From Eledone cirrhosa (taxonomy: Eukaryota), in the NCBI GenBank assembly GCA_964016885.1, contig OZ024740.1, positions 183,396,001 through 183,460,000 on the forward strand: 64,000 nt of DNA, in the 5' to 3' direction. A program made the position numbers and the translations under genes. Below, in pieces: positions 12,945-26,112 of the stretch. Position 1 is the stretch's first letter; every line of letters starts with the position of its first letter. The notes beneath the pieces are model-generated. The model did not search any database and had not been told where the DNA came from. It was given only the letters and a program-made list of their open reading frames with translations.

Positions 12945-14205
12945 AAAAAGTCCTAGTATGTAGAAAGGAAAACTGCACGCAGATTCCCCCACAGAAATGA
13001 TCTTGCTCTATGTAAAGGAAACGAGTAAGTAGGAATTTCATCTTATGTCCCAAATGTCAGCTATGAGTACACAAAATATATAATGAGATCACAGGCAGGC
13101 TATCAAAGAATGTAGGTTTTATATGTGGTTGATGCACAGGTGCAGTAAGTAGGATGAACACTTAGGATACTAGCTCCTTTAAATGCCCATATGGCTCTGT
13201 AGAAATAATTGAGAGTTTGTGCTACCTAGGTGACTAAATCAACAGTGGAAGAGAGTGTTCCAACATTATAGTAGCCAGAATAAGAAAATAATGGAGTATG
13301 TTCAGGGAGCTACTACCACTGCTAGCTACAAAAGCTTTTCCCATTAAAATGAAGGGCAGATTATATGATGCTTGTATATGAACAGCAATGTTGCATGGCA
13401 GTGAGACCTGAGCACTGTGTCAAGAGGACCTGTGAAGATTTGAAAAAAAAAAAAAAGCTTCCATACATGAACAGCAAAGCGTAAATAAACTGAAAGAAAT
13501 ATTGAGTATAAATAGGATCAGATGCAGTGTGCAAGAGAGGTGATTGCACGAGAATCGCCATGTGATGCATATGAAGGAGGACAGCTGTGTAAAAAGGTAC
13601 AAGGGATCAAAGCTGATGGAAGCTATGGAGTAGGAAGATCAAGGAAGACTTGGGATGATCTTGCACAATTGCATGCCCTAAAGACAATGAGAGAGGACCG
13701 AGATCTCTGGCATTATGCAGTAGCCCAGAAGACTCATCTTCTCATGTGAACAAACTGAAGCATATGTCTAGTGTGCACCTCTTAACCACTATCCTCCTTC
13801 CCCTTTCGATACCCTACCCATGCCCTAACGCTCCTCCCATATCAGATCACACCACCTTTCTTCCATGCCATTACATCTATTCCCCAGTCCACATTATAAA
13901 GTGGTCAAGTTGGTATCACAAAAAAAGCACCCAGCCCACACTGTAAAGTGGTCATGTAGGTATCATGACAAAATGCACTCAACCCACCCTTTATAGTGTT
14001 ATGTAGGTGTCATGGCAAAAAATACCCAACACACACTGTTAATGTGTTTGGCATTAGGAAGGGTATCTGGTCATAGAAACCAAGTCAGAAACAGTTCTGT
14101 ATGAACAAAACATGGTCATCTGACCCTTATTGACTCAGACATGACAACCTGTCAAACCAATTCTAGCATTGAAAATAGACGTTAAAAGATCATGATGATG
14201 ATGAG
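12945..14205 (+). mobile_element. Degraded RTE 3' portion (Zn-finger insert to 3' UTR and GAT tail)
   Basis: KVLVCRKEN..ILCPKCQL*VHK..GRLSKNVGFICG, GRLYDACI*TAMLHGSET and GRSRKTWDD motifs; 3' UTR subrepeats; gatgatgatga tail next to (TA)n. Confidence 0.8.
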
Positions 14206-14516
14206 GATATATATATGTGTATCATGGGTTCAATCACAGTAAGTAAGGTACGCAATACATAGCAGAAAGAAACAGTTCAAGTCCTACAGAAGCCTATATT
14301 ATATATATATACAGGTACATACCTATGTGTGTATGTGAATATATATGAGGCTTGGTTGAAAAGTTCATAAGCAGACCAAGATACTTTCATGGACTGACTG
14401 AATGAGGTTTATTTATCAACATAGTCCTTAGAAAGAAACAATGCAGTTATTAATAAAAAGACTTGGAATTAATGCATGCAAGATTTCAAAGCTATAGCAT
14501 TATGTGTATATATACA

Positions 14517-14650
14517 TGGCTTAGTGGTTAGAGCATTGGCCTTGCAATCGAAAGGTTGTGAGTTCAATTCTCAGACCGGGTGATGTGTTGTTTCCTTGAG
14601 CAAGACACTTTATTTCACATTGCTCCAGTTTACTCAGCTGTACAAATGAG
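14517..14650 (+). mobile_element. tRNA-derived SINE with CORE-like domain
   Basis: A box TGGCTTAGTGG, B box GAGTTCAATTC, followed by the CORE-like segment tccttgagcaagacactttatttcac. Confidence 0.7.
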
Positions 14651-14677
14651 ATGATAGGGACTGGGGTCTATATCATT

Positions 14678-14862
14678 CCACTGCAAAGTGGCCGTGGAGG
14701 TGCCACGGCAAAAAAGCACCCAGCACTCACTGTAAATGAGGTTGGTGTTAGGAAGGGCATCCAGCTGTAGAAATCAAGCCAGAATCAGTTCCCGTCCCAC
14801 CCTTGCAAGCAGGGAAAAAGCGGACGTAAAATGAAATGATGATGATGAAATGATGATGATGA
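14678..14862 (+). mobile_element. RTE 3' UTR fragment with (GAT)n tail
   Basis: Matches the reverse complement of 29260-29520. Confidence 0.85.
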
Positions 14863-15576
14863 TATATATCATCATCATCATCATTATCATCATCATCTTC
14901 CAAGCTAGCATGATATATATATACATATGTATGTATGTATATGCATGCATGTATGTATGTATAGGCAGATGAGATACTTGACTTTGTAAATGTAATTATC
15001 TTGAAAATGTGCCCCATATAAGTTAAACATCTAAAAGTAATATACACAAAGTTACAGACAGAGCAATGGAACAATTCTTCATAATATAAACATTAGCTGG
15101 CTTTTAGCATAATTACACAAACTTTTCTTTATTTGCTTTGTTGTATTACCGATATTTGCAAGATACAAAGGAGATATTTATAAGAATAATTTATGGCTAT
15201 TTCCAGTTTCAATTATTTTCAAAAGCACTCTTCCTTTCCTTGTTGTTAAATTGAAAAGCAATTTCTGCTTATATTGTGTGATTTTGAGATGAAATTTTAT
15301 GTTTAGCACATACACTGTTTGGGTTTATTTTGACAGTGTAAAATGACTCTTGTTCTTCAGGAGAAAACAATAGTTTTACTTCAACAAAGCTATCTGGTTG
15401 AATAACTTTCCAAAATAGAAAGTAAACTATTTTATGACACTGCATTGTCTGTGTCTCTCTCTTCCATATTCTCTCTCTGTTTCACATGCACACGAACACA
15501 CACTGTCTGTATCTCTCTGTTTTGTCACTTCCTCTTCCTTATTTGATTTCTCTGTTCTTGTGTCTTTTTATCACTT

Positions 15577-15920
15577 AAGGCGGCAAATTTGCAGAGTGAT
15601 TAGAAACCTGGATAGAGTGCTTTGTGGTATTCATTCTGGCTTTCTGCTCTCTGAGTTCAAATCCTCCTGATGTCAAGTTTGCCTTTCACTTTTGAGCTTG
15701 ATAAAACTGTACCAGTGAAGTACTGGGGATGATTCTTCATATATATATCTTTTTTACTTCCCCTTTCTCACTCTCTATCCTTCTCCAGAAAGAAATTCTG
15801 GTATACTTAGGCCTAGAGAGGAGATGAGCTCTACCAGGCTTAAAATGCCCAAGAAATGCTGTATGTCAATATAGCACCCTCATGATTCCCTGAGGAATTA
15901 CAAAACCTTACCATCATACA
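15577..15920 (+). mobile_element. Degraded SINE (Meta-domain-like) with extended 3' segment
   Basis: ctgagttcaaatcc B box and tttgcctttca..gataaaa..gtaccag; the 3' segment is shared with 58740-58875. Confidence 0.6.
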
Positions 15921-16858
15921 TATGTCTTCATAAAGCAGGTGCATGACTTAGTGGTTTCTTTCTTCAGTTTATGATTGTAAGGTCATGAGTTATAGCAAAA
16001 GATTGTGTCCTTCAATAAGACAGTTTATTTCACATTACTTTAGTTCATTCACATTGGAAAAAATGAGTTATACCTGTATTTTGAAAGTCTAGTTTTTTTT
16101 GCATGCTATGTCATGCTAAATCACCCTGAAAGCTACATTAGCGGTATACGTTTCTGTGCAATGCTCAGTCATTTGTCACCAAGTTGACTGGTGATATGCC
16201 ATAATGCAAAACACCTACCCACAAGCACTGCAACCCTAAAAGGAGCTGTGGCAAAAGACTGAAGAATACATGGAGAGATCTCTTTAGCTTGCAGAGGATA
16301 ATATTGTCTACATATTGAAGTTACCACAAAGAAATGCACACAGTACCTACCCACCCATAAAGTGGTGAGTGAACATTCCAAGATTCCATAAAATAAAGAG
16401 AATCTACTGGACCTGTTGAATACCTGATAACCCCTTTAGTGTTGGTGCCATAATAAAATACACCCACTACACTCTGTAAAATGGTTGAGGATCGAACAAA
16501 GACAATAAAGGGTAGAAAGGACTTTGCAGTTGGGCAGAAAATGTGACAAAATTTTGTGAGATGGTGTCACAATAAAATGCACCCAGTACACTCTTAAACA
16601 TGGTAGTGATAAAATGTACCTAATACATTCTGTAAAGTTGTTGCAGGATCAAACAGAGACAATATTGGGTAGAGAGAATTCTCCAGTTGGGGTAAGCAAA
16701 TGACAACTAATACTGGTGTCATGAAAAATGCAAACAGTACATTATACAAGGTGGTTGGGATTAGGAAAGGCATCTAACCATGGAAACCATACCAAATATG
16801 GAACATTAGCAAACTGGCAACCCATAGCAATATGGAAAGCAGTCATAAAATGATGATG

Positions 16859-16902
<44 letters not shown>

Positions 16903-18860
16903 TATATTTTTTTGTGTGTATGTATGCCAGTTGCCTTGCATTTCGTCATATCAACACTGTTTTAAAAGCAAATGGTACCATTTAATTATGTCCAGCAGTG
17001 TAGTAGTTAATCAAATTCCAGTAGTATATACCATATTTAAATGAATCTATATGTTGGCATTAGAAAGAAAACTGTCTCAAAATGTCTCATCCCACACTTG
17101 AAAGCATGAACAAAGCAGAGATAAATTGATGAAGATGAGAGATATCTGGTTGAGAGAAACCTTACATTAAGTGCTAGAATTCTTTGAATTATTGTAACAA
17201 TAAATTTGTCAGAGAACAACTTTCATTCTATTTTTTTTAAATATTTTTTTGTTAAATTTTTATCCAAGATAATTCACTAAAATACATTGTTTTAAAGATT
17301 TTCTAAAGGAAAGGTTTAGAGTTTACGCATCTTTTAAGATATATAACTTGAAAGATTTCTTGCTAGATTTGATCTTTGAATTTAGAAAGTATCATGATTG
17401 ATGTAATATCAGGTTTTCAACAGAATTCTTACTTTCATGTTGTTATTATATGAACTCTGAAAGCTTTCATCAAATGGATCATATGTCACAGAAGAAGCCA
17501 ATTGAAGGCTTTGTAGAGCCACACAGGCATTAAACATGTTGCATATCATCTATTTTGCAGTTGTCCGTGAATATTAATAATACTTAAACTTTTATCTCAA
17601 TGGATCAGAAGAATGGATATTAAGAGGAAGCTGAAGTAGCAAACTGGTCGTCGATTATAATGTATTGACCAACCTTATGTTATATTATAGTTTTAAATTT
17701 GATATGTTGCCTTTCTTGAATCTTTCTGCTAGCATTGTTTGTAAAATTCTGTTTGATTCAATTGTTTAGATAGCTTTAAGCTATAGCAATTCCATCTAAT
17801 CTAATCCTACCCACCTCTTTCATTCTCAAGCTTAAAACTTATTACACATATAGGAATATTTAAATTCAGTGGTTTGCTAAATTTAGAAACTTTACCTATA
17901 TGTATACCTCTTGTCTGGTGGGGAGGGTAAGTAGAACACCAGCAGCAGAAAAAAAACAACTGTTAAAAGGGTGGATGAATCCACCCTAACTATGGCTTAA
18001 ATAGCCTCACCAACCAGCAATTGACCAAGCATGGTGACTACGGCTACATCTCTGACATGACCAAAAACTAAACAGAGATTATTTGAGGTCAACCATGAGG
18101 TTCCTCCAACAGGGATGGGAAGGCCTTAGATTGGATTAGCATGGGGAGATCTTCCTAAAAATGATTTTTCTACTATTCACAAAATTCTTCTACACAAACA
18201 TATTTAAATTTAAAATGTAACTACAAAACATCCATTTATATTATTTTCATCAATCATTATGACAAATTATTAATTCTCGTGTACTTTTTGAACATATATT
18301 TTATTTTAGAAAAGGCAATAATTTTATTCATTATAGCCAAGGCAGACGATGGTTGTGTATTTTTCTCCATTTTTACAACAAATTGAATACTTGTTTCTTC
18401 AGATCATTTTTCTCTGAATGCCAAAGAAAAGATTTAACTAGGTTAATTTGATTTCAGTTGAACTCTTCATTAGTTATGAATCAATGACTTTTTGATGACT
18501 TGATCTGGCTGAAAAGTCTTCTCATAATTTTAATCAGAACATTGTGTCAGAGTGATCTTTAGAGATTTTGCTATTATTGTCATCTTGAAAAAGGAAGTCA
18601 ATTATTGGTAAGCACAGCAGAACCAATTAATGTACAGTGACATAACATGAATTATATGTTTTGCTCTCAAATTTTTACTTTTGAAATTTGCAAATAATTT
18701 AGTTGTAGTTTGTATTATTGTTTAACTCCAGGTCATCTCTGATCAAGCAGATTTATAACTGAAGAATTTCTAGCCATGACCATCCCATCTTTGAAGATAT
18801 ATTTTATCACAAATCATATTTTCCATTATGTATTTCCATGTTTAAAGGCAAATGAAGAGT

Positions 18861-18924
<64 letters not shown>

Positions 18925-20870
18925 CTGCAATTTCGAGCAGATTGAGCAAATATGTTGTTGGGTTTCATCACAGTTCTGGAGTTGTTGGTTCAATCCAGAT
19001 CATGAGCACCTGACTCTTTCAAAAGCCTAATTCATCTCCTAAGTTTCAAAAAGCTGGTACACTATGGTCGAGATATAAAAAGGGCAAAGATAACAGATAA
19101 AATAAAAATTAAGTTATGTTTTACTCAGTATATTTCAACATGATATTTCAGGGCTTTCTGAAAATAATCAGTCATTTATTGTATATCTCACAATGTTTCG
19201 TATTAACTATACTATTCATCTATTTGTAAGAACAGATCAAAGGTATTTCCAGTTAATTATTGTTGGCAATGAAAGCATTGAATATTTAATGAGTGTTTAG
19301 TTAATTTTCTGTTAAAATGATTCTCCTATGATCACAAAAAATGCAATGACAAGCTATTCCATTGGTAAAATTTTAACTAGATTATCCAAATATATCAGGT
19401 AAATTTGCCATTGTAACCTTTCTTTTTAAAGAGATCAATGCAGTTACTGTCAAATCTGGAAAGGCGATTAGCTTGAGCCTACACTCACATACTGAGAGTG
19501 GCTTTGAATGTCACTTAGAGAGATCATTGATCAATGAGTGACTGTTTGGAACATTCGTCTAGTATAAGGCATCAACAAAGAGGATAGAATCAAATTCTAG
19601 AGAGCTAAGGATATAATTGTTAATGAAGTTCTTTTCTGGGAGCCTACACAAGGAATAACTAGCAGAGGTCAACAAGCCAACACCTACATCAAGTAGATTT
19701 ATGATGACATAAACTGTAATCCTGCTGACCTGCCAAATATGATGAACCATAGTATTGGATGGCAACAGAGAGTCATGTGAATCTGTACCAGCAATGTGAC
19801 CTATTGACTGAATAGATTGTAGGTTAGATTTTGAAGTATTAACTTCTCACCAATTAGTTATGTGGCCTTATTTGAGATATGGGTGTAGGATGTCTGTGTA
19901 TTTAGTAGCAGCACCATCCAAGATGGTAAAGACACTTACCCAAGATATCAAACTTCATAACAATTCAGTTGTGCAAAATTCCCAAGTGCATTTAGTTAGA
20001 GGTTGTAGCATTCCTTCTACCAACTCCCAAGTCGTATGTAAATAATTATTGATTTCAGGTTTGAGATATATTATTTCCAATTCTTTACAATCCTGATATA
20101 TATAAGATAAGGTTATAATATTGCTAACGAGGTCATTTTAAACAAAGATAGTATTGGTGTTCATATATCTGTTATGGGAAAAAAGTGCCACTCAATAATT
20201 TTCTTTTGTTTGATAAATAACTCAAAACACACTAGAATTTTAAAAATCCAAATTTTATATGATTGAAAGGTAAAATTAAATTAGAATATAAAACAAAAAC
20301 AAATTATGATAAATTGAATTAAAAGTTATCATATATTTTCATGAAGAAAATACCTCTAAAAGAAATACACACACATAAGAGTAAATATTTATAATTAAAT
20401 CTCAGCACCTGACAAAGATTTTTCAGTAATGAGCACTTGACCATCAATAGTTTTGCTATATTCCTTTTGAGGTGGCATTACTTGCCTTCTAGTTCAATGT
20501 GCATTGTTATCAGATATTTGCATAATTCAAGTAAAGTTTTCTTTCTTATCATGACAGATTCTCAATGAAGGCCTTTGGGCTTCTTATTAAAACAGCTTAA
20601 ATAATTTTCACTTTACAACAACAACGAAAAAAAAAACAGAATCAAAGAAGGAAAAAGAAATGAATTCCTCCCATGTTAACATTTCTTTCAAAAATGCCAT
20701 TCCTCTATTTTCATTTCTCTTTTTTCTTCCCTCATTTTTTTTTTACCCTTTGTAAACATCAATACAAATTTAATAAATTGAAATAATTCGATTCAATTAA
20801 ATCTTCAACTTGTTTCCTCAAGGGTTAGGTTTTGTGTGCACATAAATTGAAAAATCCCTTCTATTTCACA

Positions 20871-20982
20871 CATGCACACATACACACATATTCATCTGCT
20901 CATGTATGCATATGTATGCTTTTGCGTATATATATATATGTGTGTGTATGTATGTATATATATATATATGAATGTATGTATG

Positions 20983-21016
<34 letters not shown>

Positions 21017-21034
21017 TATATGAATGTATGTATG

Positions 21035-21065
<31 letters not shown>

Positions 21066-21159
21066 TTATATATGTATATATATATGTATGTGTGCATGTA
21101 TATATATATATATGTGTATGTATGTATATATGTATATATATATATATTTATGCACACAG

Positions 21160-21195
<36 letters not shown>

Positions 21196-21226
21196 TATAC
21201 ATGAGTGTGTATACATATATGTGTGT
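20871..21226. repeat. Compound (TA)n/(TG)n/(TATG)n microsatellite
   Basis: Direct sequence inspection. Confidence 0.95.
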
Positions 21227-22263
21227 TTCTTTTGATTTTTATGACATATGAAATGTATTCATCACACTATTTTTTTCCATTCCAGTAAATATTGTTATGT
21301 GGCATAACTAAACATTTTAGGTCATAATACTTTTTTTCATTGTCAATCCTAACAGCAGTTTCAATCAAAATTTGAATTTGTTAGAATATTTCTAATCAAT
21401 TCAAATATTTAAAAGCTTAAATTTATTAAATGCAAAGTTAAAATGTCCTTTATAATGGATAGGGGTGAATCAATAAAGAATGATTATTACTAAACGAAAA
21501 TCCCAGACCATCACTAAAAAATCATAACAACGCTTGCAGAATAATGAATATAAAAGTTAAATATTCTAAATTTCAAATTTGGTGCAGGCAAATATGTTAT
21601 CATCTAAAATCATAGGCCATGAGTTCACATATACTGCAGGGTATTTTATTGTTTCAGAGCAGAACTTGTTCATCTATATCATTATTATCATCATTTTCTT
21701 CTATATCTCTTTTTTACTTTCCCTTTCTTTCTCACTTCCTTTTCTCTGCTCCTTTCTTCTCAGTAAGAAATAGGCTGTATTCAGTTAGACCTGGAAAAGG
21801 ATGGGTTCCATCAAGTTTGAAAATGCCCCCAAAAGTGCTCCAAAGACTCCATAGTATGGCATAGCATGGAATTTCTATGTTGTCATGAGTTGTATGAGAC
21901 ATTTTGTGACAGAATTCTAATTCTGATGCCCTTCGTGCCACTAATATTCATTTGGTTTTTAATCAAATTAAGGAAAGTGGGCATTAAAACAATGATGATG
22001 AGGAAGATGATAATGATCTCTCTTTGCACTCCAAACACTATGTCACAGAACTTCTGTTTATGTGAGATATAAAGGAATAGCATTGCCTGATCTAGGGATA
22101 TAAAAATATAAGGTGAAAAGAAAATAAGAGAGAAATATTGACACACATTTGTACACACACATAAACAAACACACACACACACACATAAATATATATATAT
22201 ATATAAAGAGGATATCAGGAAGAAACATTTTTTTCATATCTTGTTTAAATTGATGCACTACCT

Positions 22264-23065
22264 GTGGCTAACAATGGTGGCCTACTCAGCTTGGATGGGC
22301 TTCATTTCTCCATTGCCCTCAGAGTGGGAGCCAGTGTCTGCATGGGTCTGAAATGTCAGTGTGATAGGCTCCTCATTTCCACAGTCCTACACAGTCTATA
22401 TTGCCATCTGAATACCGGTCACATTGTGCATCATACTGAGCTAAACCTCATCAAGAGAGCTTTGGTCCAGGCAAACATCTACTCAATTTTGGAACCATCT
22501 GGGTTGTCTAGAATTGATAGGAAAAGGCCTGACGGTCTTACCCTGTGTCCCTGGGTAAGAGGCAGATGTCTTATCTGTGATGTCACAGTTAGTGACTCTT
22601 TTGCTTCTTCCTACATCCTGAATGCTGCGGCTAGGGCGATAGCTACAGCTTCCATAGCCAAACGGAATAAAATCCTGAAATACCAAGAACTGTCAGTTAA
22701 CTACTATCTTTTCCAGCCTGTGGGGTTTGAGAAGTTTGGTGGAGTTGGGCCACTGACTGCGAGATTCTTATCACCACTGGCTCCTCAACTAACTGATGTA
22801 ACTGGTGAAGCTTGTGAAGGCACTTGGCTGTTCCAGTGCATTAGCATCGCCATCACCTGAGGTAACACTGTGAGCATGCTGGCATGCCTCAAAATTCATT
22901 AGAGAGGTTTTCCAGTGCTCCTGTTCTGGCAGTGGTTCATTTGTCCACCCATTTTGCTTGCCGTTTGTTGTATGTGGTCCAAGATATGTGTATTACCAGC
23001 TTGTGTGATTATTTTCTCTTTTTTTTATTTATCTGTAATATTATTTATAAAATTGTAAATAAAAC
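22264..23065 (+). mobile_element. CRE-clade non-LTR retrotransposon 3' fragment (Zn knuckle plus restriction-like endonuclease)
   Basis: CQC..H..C; LEPSGLSRIDRKRPDGLTLCPWVRGRCLICDVTVSD; KILKY..FQPVGFEKFG; ISIAI-*GN, typical of the CRE RLE domain; AATAAA near 23058. Confidence 0.8.
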
Positions 23066-23303
23066 TTATTACATTATTATACTACTCCATGAAATACTCC
23101 TTGGGATCTATGTACCATATTTGGTGACACATTTCGAATCATCTATGTATCTATGTTAAACATCTCCATCAACTACATTGAACACAACTAACTGGTAAGT
23201 TGATTCTCTCCTTTTATTATGCACATTCACAAGACAAAATCATGAAATTGCCTACGAAAAATGTTTATAACTGATATAAAGTACTCAACAGTTTAGTGGA
23301 GTA

Positions 23304-23460
23304 AATATACAATATATTAATAAATGGAAACTTTATTCATAAAACAAATCTGTATTTTATCTGATGAAAGCGCACCATAATTTACCTTGGTCGCCTTTGA
23401 AATATATATAATAAAATAATTATGGTTTTATAAATATAGTTTCCATTTATTAATATATTG

Positions 23461-23465
<5 letters not shown>
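23304..23465 (+). mobile_element. Mini PLE-terminus derivative with inverted ends carrying a hammerhead motif
   Basis: About 28-bp inverted ends (atatacaatatattaataaatggaaact / agtttccatttattaatatattgtatat); interior homologous to 28850-28955. Confidence 0.75.
23353..23418 (+). ncRNA. Minimal type-I hammerhead ribozyme motif
   Basis: tattttat-CTGATGA-stem II(aagcgcacca..tggtcgccttt)-GAAA-tatata-TA-ataaaata; stem I is a perfect 8 bp. Confidence 0.75.
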
Positions 23466-23503
<38 letters not shown>

Positions 23504-23570
23504 GTGTCTGTTAGGTAATTCCGAAGAAAAAGCAAAGGAAAAAAGAGTGCTCTATGTATAGAACAGGACT

Positions 23571-23825
23571 ATTTAATTAGAAAGTGAACAACACAAAATA
23601 TAACTACTCCATTACCAAGGGTTTCTGGATCACAGAAAAAAATTAATTTACATCTGGATCGGTCATCAGACAGAGATGTTATGGATAGAAAATCTCATTT
23701 CATATTTTCTATCCATAACATCTCTGCCTGATGACCGATCCAGACATATATTAATATTGTCTGGGATCCACAAACCTTTGATAATGGAGTAGTTAAATTT
23801 TGTGTCGTTCACTTTCTAATAAAAT
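23571..23825. repeat. Foldback element of about 255 bp with a hammerhead motif in each arm
   Basis: Arms pair around the loop ctcatttcat (about 23696-23705); the minus-strand arm 23607-23675 reads ctctgt-CTGATGA-ccgatccaga..tctgtgatcca-GAAA-cccttgg-TA-atggag; the plus-arm copy has GAAA changed to CAAA. Confidence 0.8.
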
Positions 23826-23967
23826 ATATATAGCTGTTGAAGTGGCTGCAGCTCACCCGTTGGGGTCCTGAATCTGTTCATTTTACTACCCCAAATAGCG
23901 AGTACTCTGTTGGGTTATGGTCCACCTGGTCTTTTACCACACCTTTTCTGATATATATATGTATATA

Positions 23968-24025
<58 letters not shown>

Positions 24026-24039
24026 TATACATATATACA

Positions 24040-25060
24040 TCCCCTTCACCACACACACACTCATCCAAACACGCACACACACGCCAGTACACTACAGTTC
24101 CTCCATGTCCCCCACACCCTTTCTCTCCCTCTCCCCGCTCCACCCACACGCCTTCACACACACACATCCCACTAACACCTCTACTAATACACACCCCATC
24201 GCCCCACATGACCTGTCCCCACCCCACCTTTCACACCTACCCATCCTCTCCCCTGTCCACCGCACCTCCGCACACACTGACACTGATTTTCTCCACCTGC
24301 CATTCTCCTCTACTGCTGCTATGCGTTCTCCTGCCTTGACCCTCTCCACCTGTCATTCTCCTCTACCCTCATCCTGCTTTGACCCTCTTACCACTTCCTG
24401 TAGCGTGCGCCCCACACATCTCCACTCTTCTGACTACCACAACCAACGGATTACACACCATCGACTATTGTTCCCACTATCCACTCCTTAACATAGAAAA
24501 TATCTGGCAACTCTTCACATCCTCTACGGAACTACCTTAGGAACTTACCCACGGACATACACTCACAATTTTTTTTAGAACCACGCCACCTACATCCACC
24601 AAAGGTATAAACACCAACACACACGTGCGTACCCCCACATATATACACACTCAGCCTCCGGAATCCTCTCCCCCCACCCCTATGACACCTCCCCATCCAC
24701 ACGCGCACACACATCGACCTACACTCCACCCCACACACACATTTTCCTGAACATGGAACCTCGTTCTTCCCCTAACTCTCAGATTCACATACACACACAC
24801 ACACACGTACACCTACACACATACACAAACACCATTTTCAGCCCTCCTCACTCGGACACCCCGCCTCACTCTCACCACTCCACCCTCCACCACCCCTAGA
24901 CGCCCCACACCCTTCCACTACCTGTTTATCTTGAGGTTTATTTTAAATTTTATTTGTACCCCTTCCACCGTTTTCCCTCCCTTTCCTCCCCCCTTTTTTC
25001 TAAATGTCTCTCCACCACTCTGGAACTCCCCCCACTCTCAAGAGCATAAAACTAATAAAC
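24040..25060. repeat. C/A-rich low-complexity tract of about 1 kb (G-rich on minus strand), bounded by (TA)n
   Basis: Strong C-over-G skew with cacac/cccc runs; probably an element interior. Confidence 0.6.
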
Positions 25061-25750
25061 CTTTGTTTGTACTGCCTCTCTGTTTTGTTCCCGTACCATT
25101 TTTCACTATATATATATATATATATTTATATATTAAAGAGTTAAACAAGAATGAGTTTTACGTTTGTACCTCCGAAATATGCATAATAAAATGTAATTGA
25201 TCAAAAGAACATCTATTTTATTAATATTTGTATTTTAATATATATATATATATATAGGTAAGTATGTTTTGAAACAGTGAGCAGGTTTGAAATTAGAAAA
25301 TAGAATAGCTTTCACCATATATTTGACTAAAGAGATGTTAGCCTGATAATGGGGTTTAGAACCCTCAGATAAATGGAAAAAGATTAGTATTGACGTACAT
25401 ATGCTAAAATTTCTTTAGTCAAAAATACGGTGAAAGCTATATATATATATATATATATACTTATATATATTCATTCCGGTGGTATGTAGCTGGACACAGA
25501 TTCTGATTTCGGAAAGGCTACATGGATTCCTAAATACTTTCAGCCTGTGGCCAATTCATTCAGAGATATTATTTCTCCTCTCTTGCTTCCTCCTCAATTT
25601 CAAAATGTTCTGTTCACATCATTTATTTTTATTGTTGTTATTCCTAAACCTCCTATGATGAAATACGTGTACTGGCTGCCTATCTCACAATTTCTCTGTG
25701 AGTGATGATGGTGATGATGATGATGATGATGATGATGATAATGATGATGA

Positions 25751-25802
<52 letters not shown>

Positions 25803-25841
25803 GATATTAACAAATGGAAACTATATTTATAAAACCATATT

Positions 25842-25906
25842 TATTTCATTATACATATTTCAAGGATACCAAGTTAAATTATGGTATGCCTTCATCAGAC
25901 AAAATA
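25842..25906 (-). ncRNA. Minimal hammerhead ribozyme motif (left inverted terminus of PLE)
   Basis: Reverse complement of 28854-28918. Confidence 0.7.
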
Positions 25907-26112
25907 CAATATATACCAGTTTTATAAATAAACATTGACGTACCCTTTCAAAATGCGACCATTACTTTTGGACGACATCAGGATAGTGGTTTGTTTATTT
26001 TAGTAAGTTGTTGTGTTCAGGATAAGTAAAAAGACTCAGAGATAGAGAGAAACGTGGAGAAAAGAAAGGGAGAGATAAATAAAGAAAAAAGAAGAAAGAA
26101 AAGAAAAAAGAT

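Noticed and set aside
12700-12950. Regularly spaced repeats of about 40 nt resembling a CRISPR array (also 16430-16790)
   Set aside because: Degenerate RTE 3' UTR subrepeats; no unique spacers, no cas genes, eukaryotic context
14517-14580. tRNA gene-like A/B boxes (also SINE heads at 33728 and 60420)
   Set aside because: No cloverleaf; they continue into SINE bodies
20832-21251. YIYI/VCVC/HTHT-type ORFs (also 23837-24491, 44383-44583, 51172-51530, 58642-59066)
   Set aside because: Stop-free translations of (TA)n/(CA)n microsatellites, not genes
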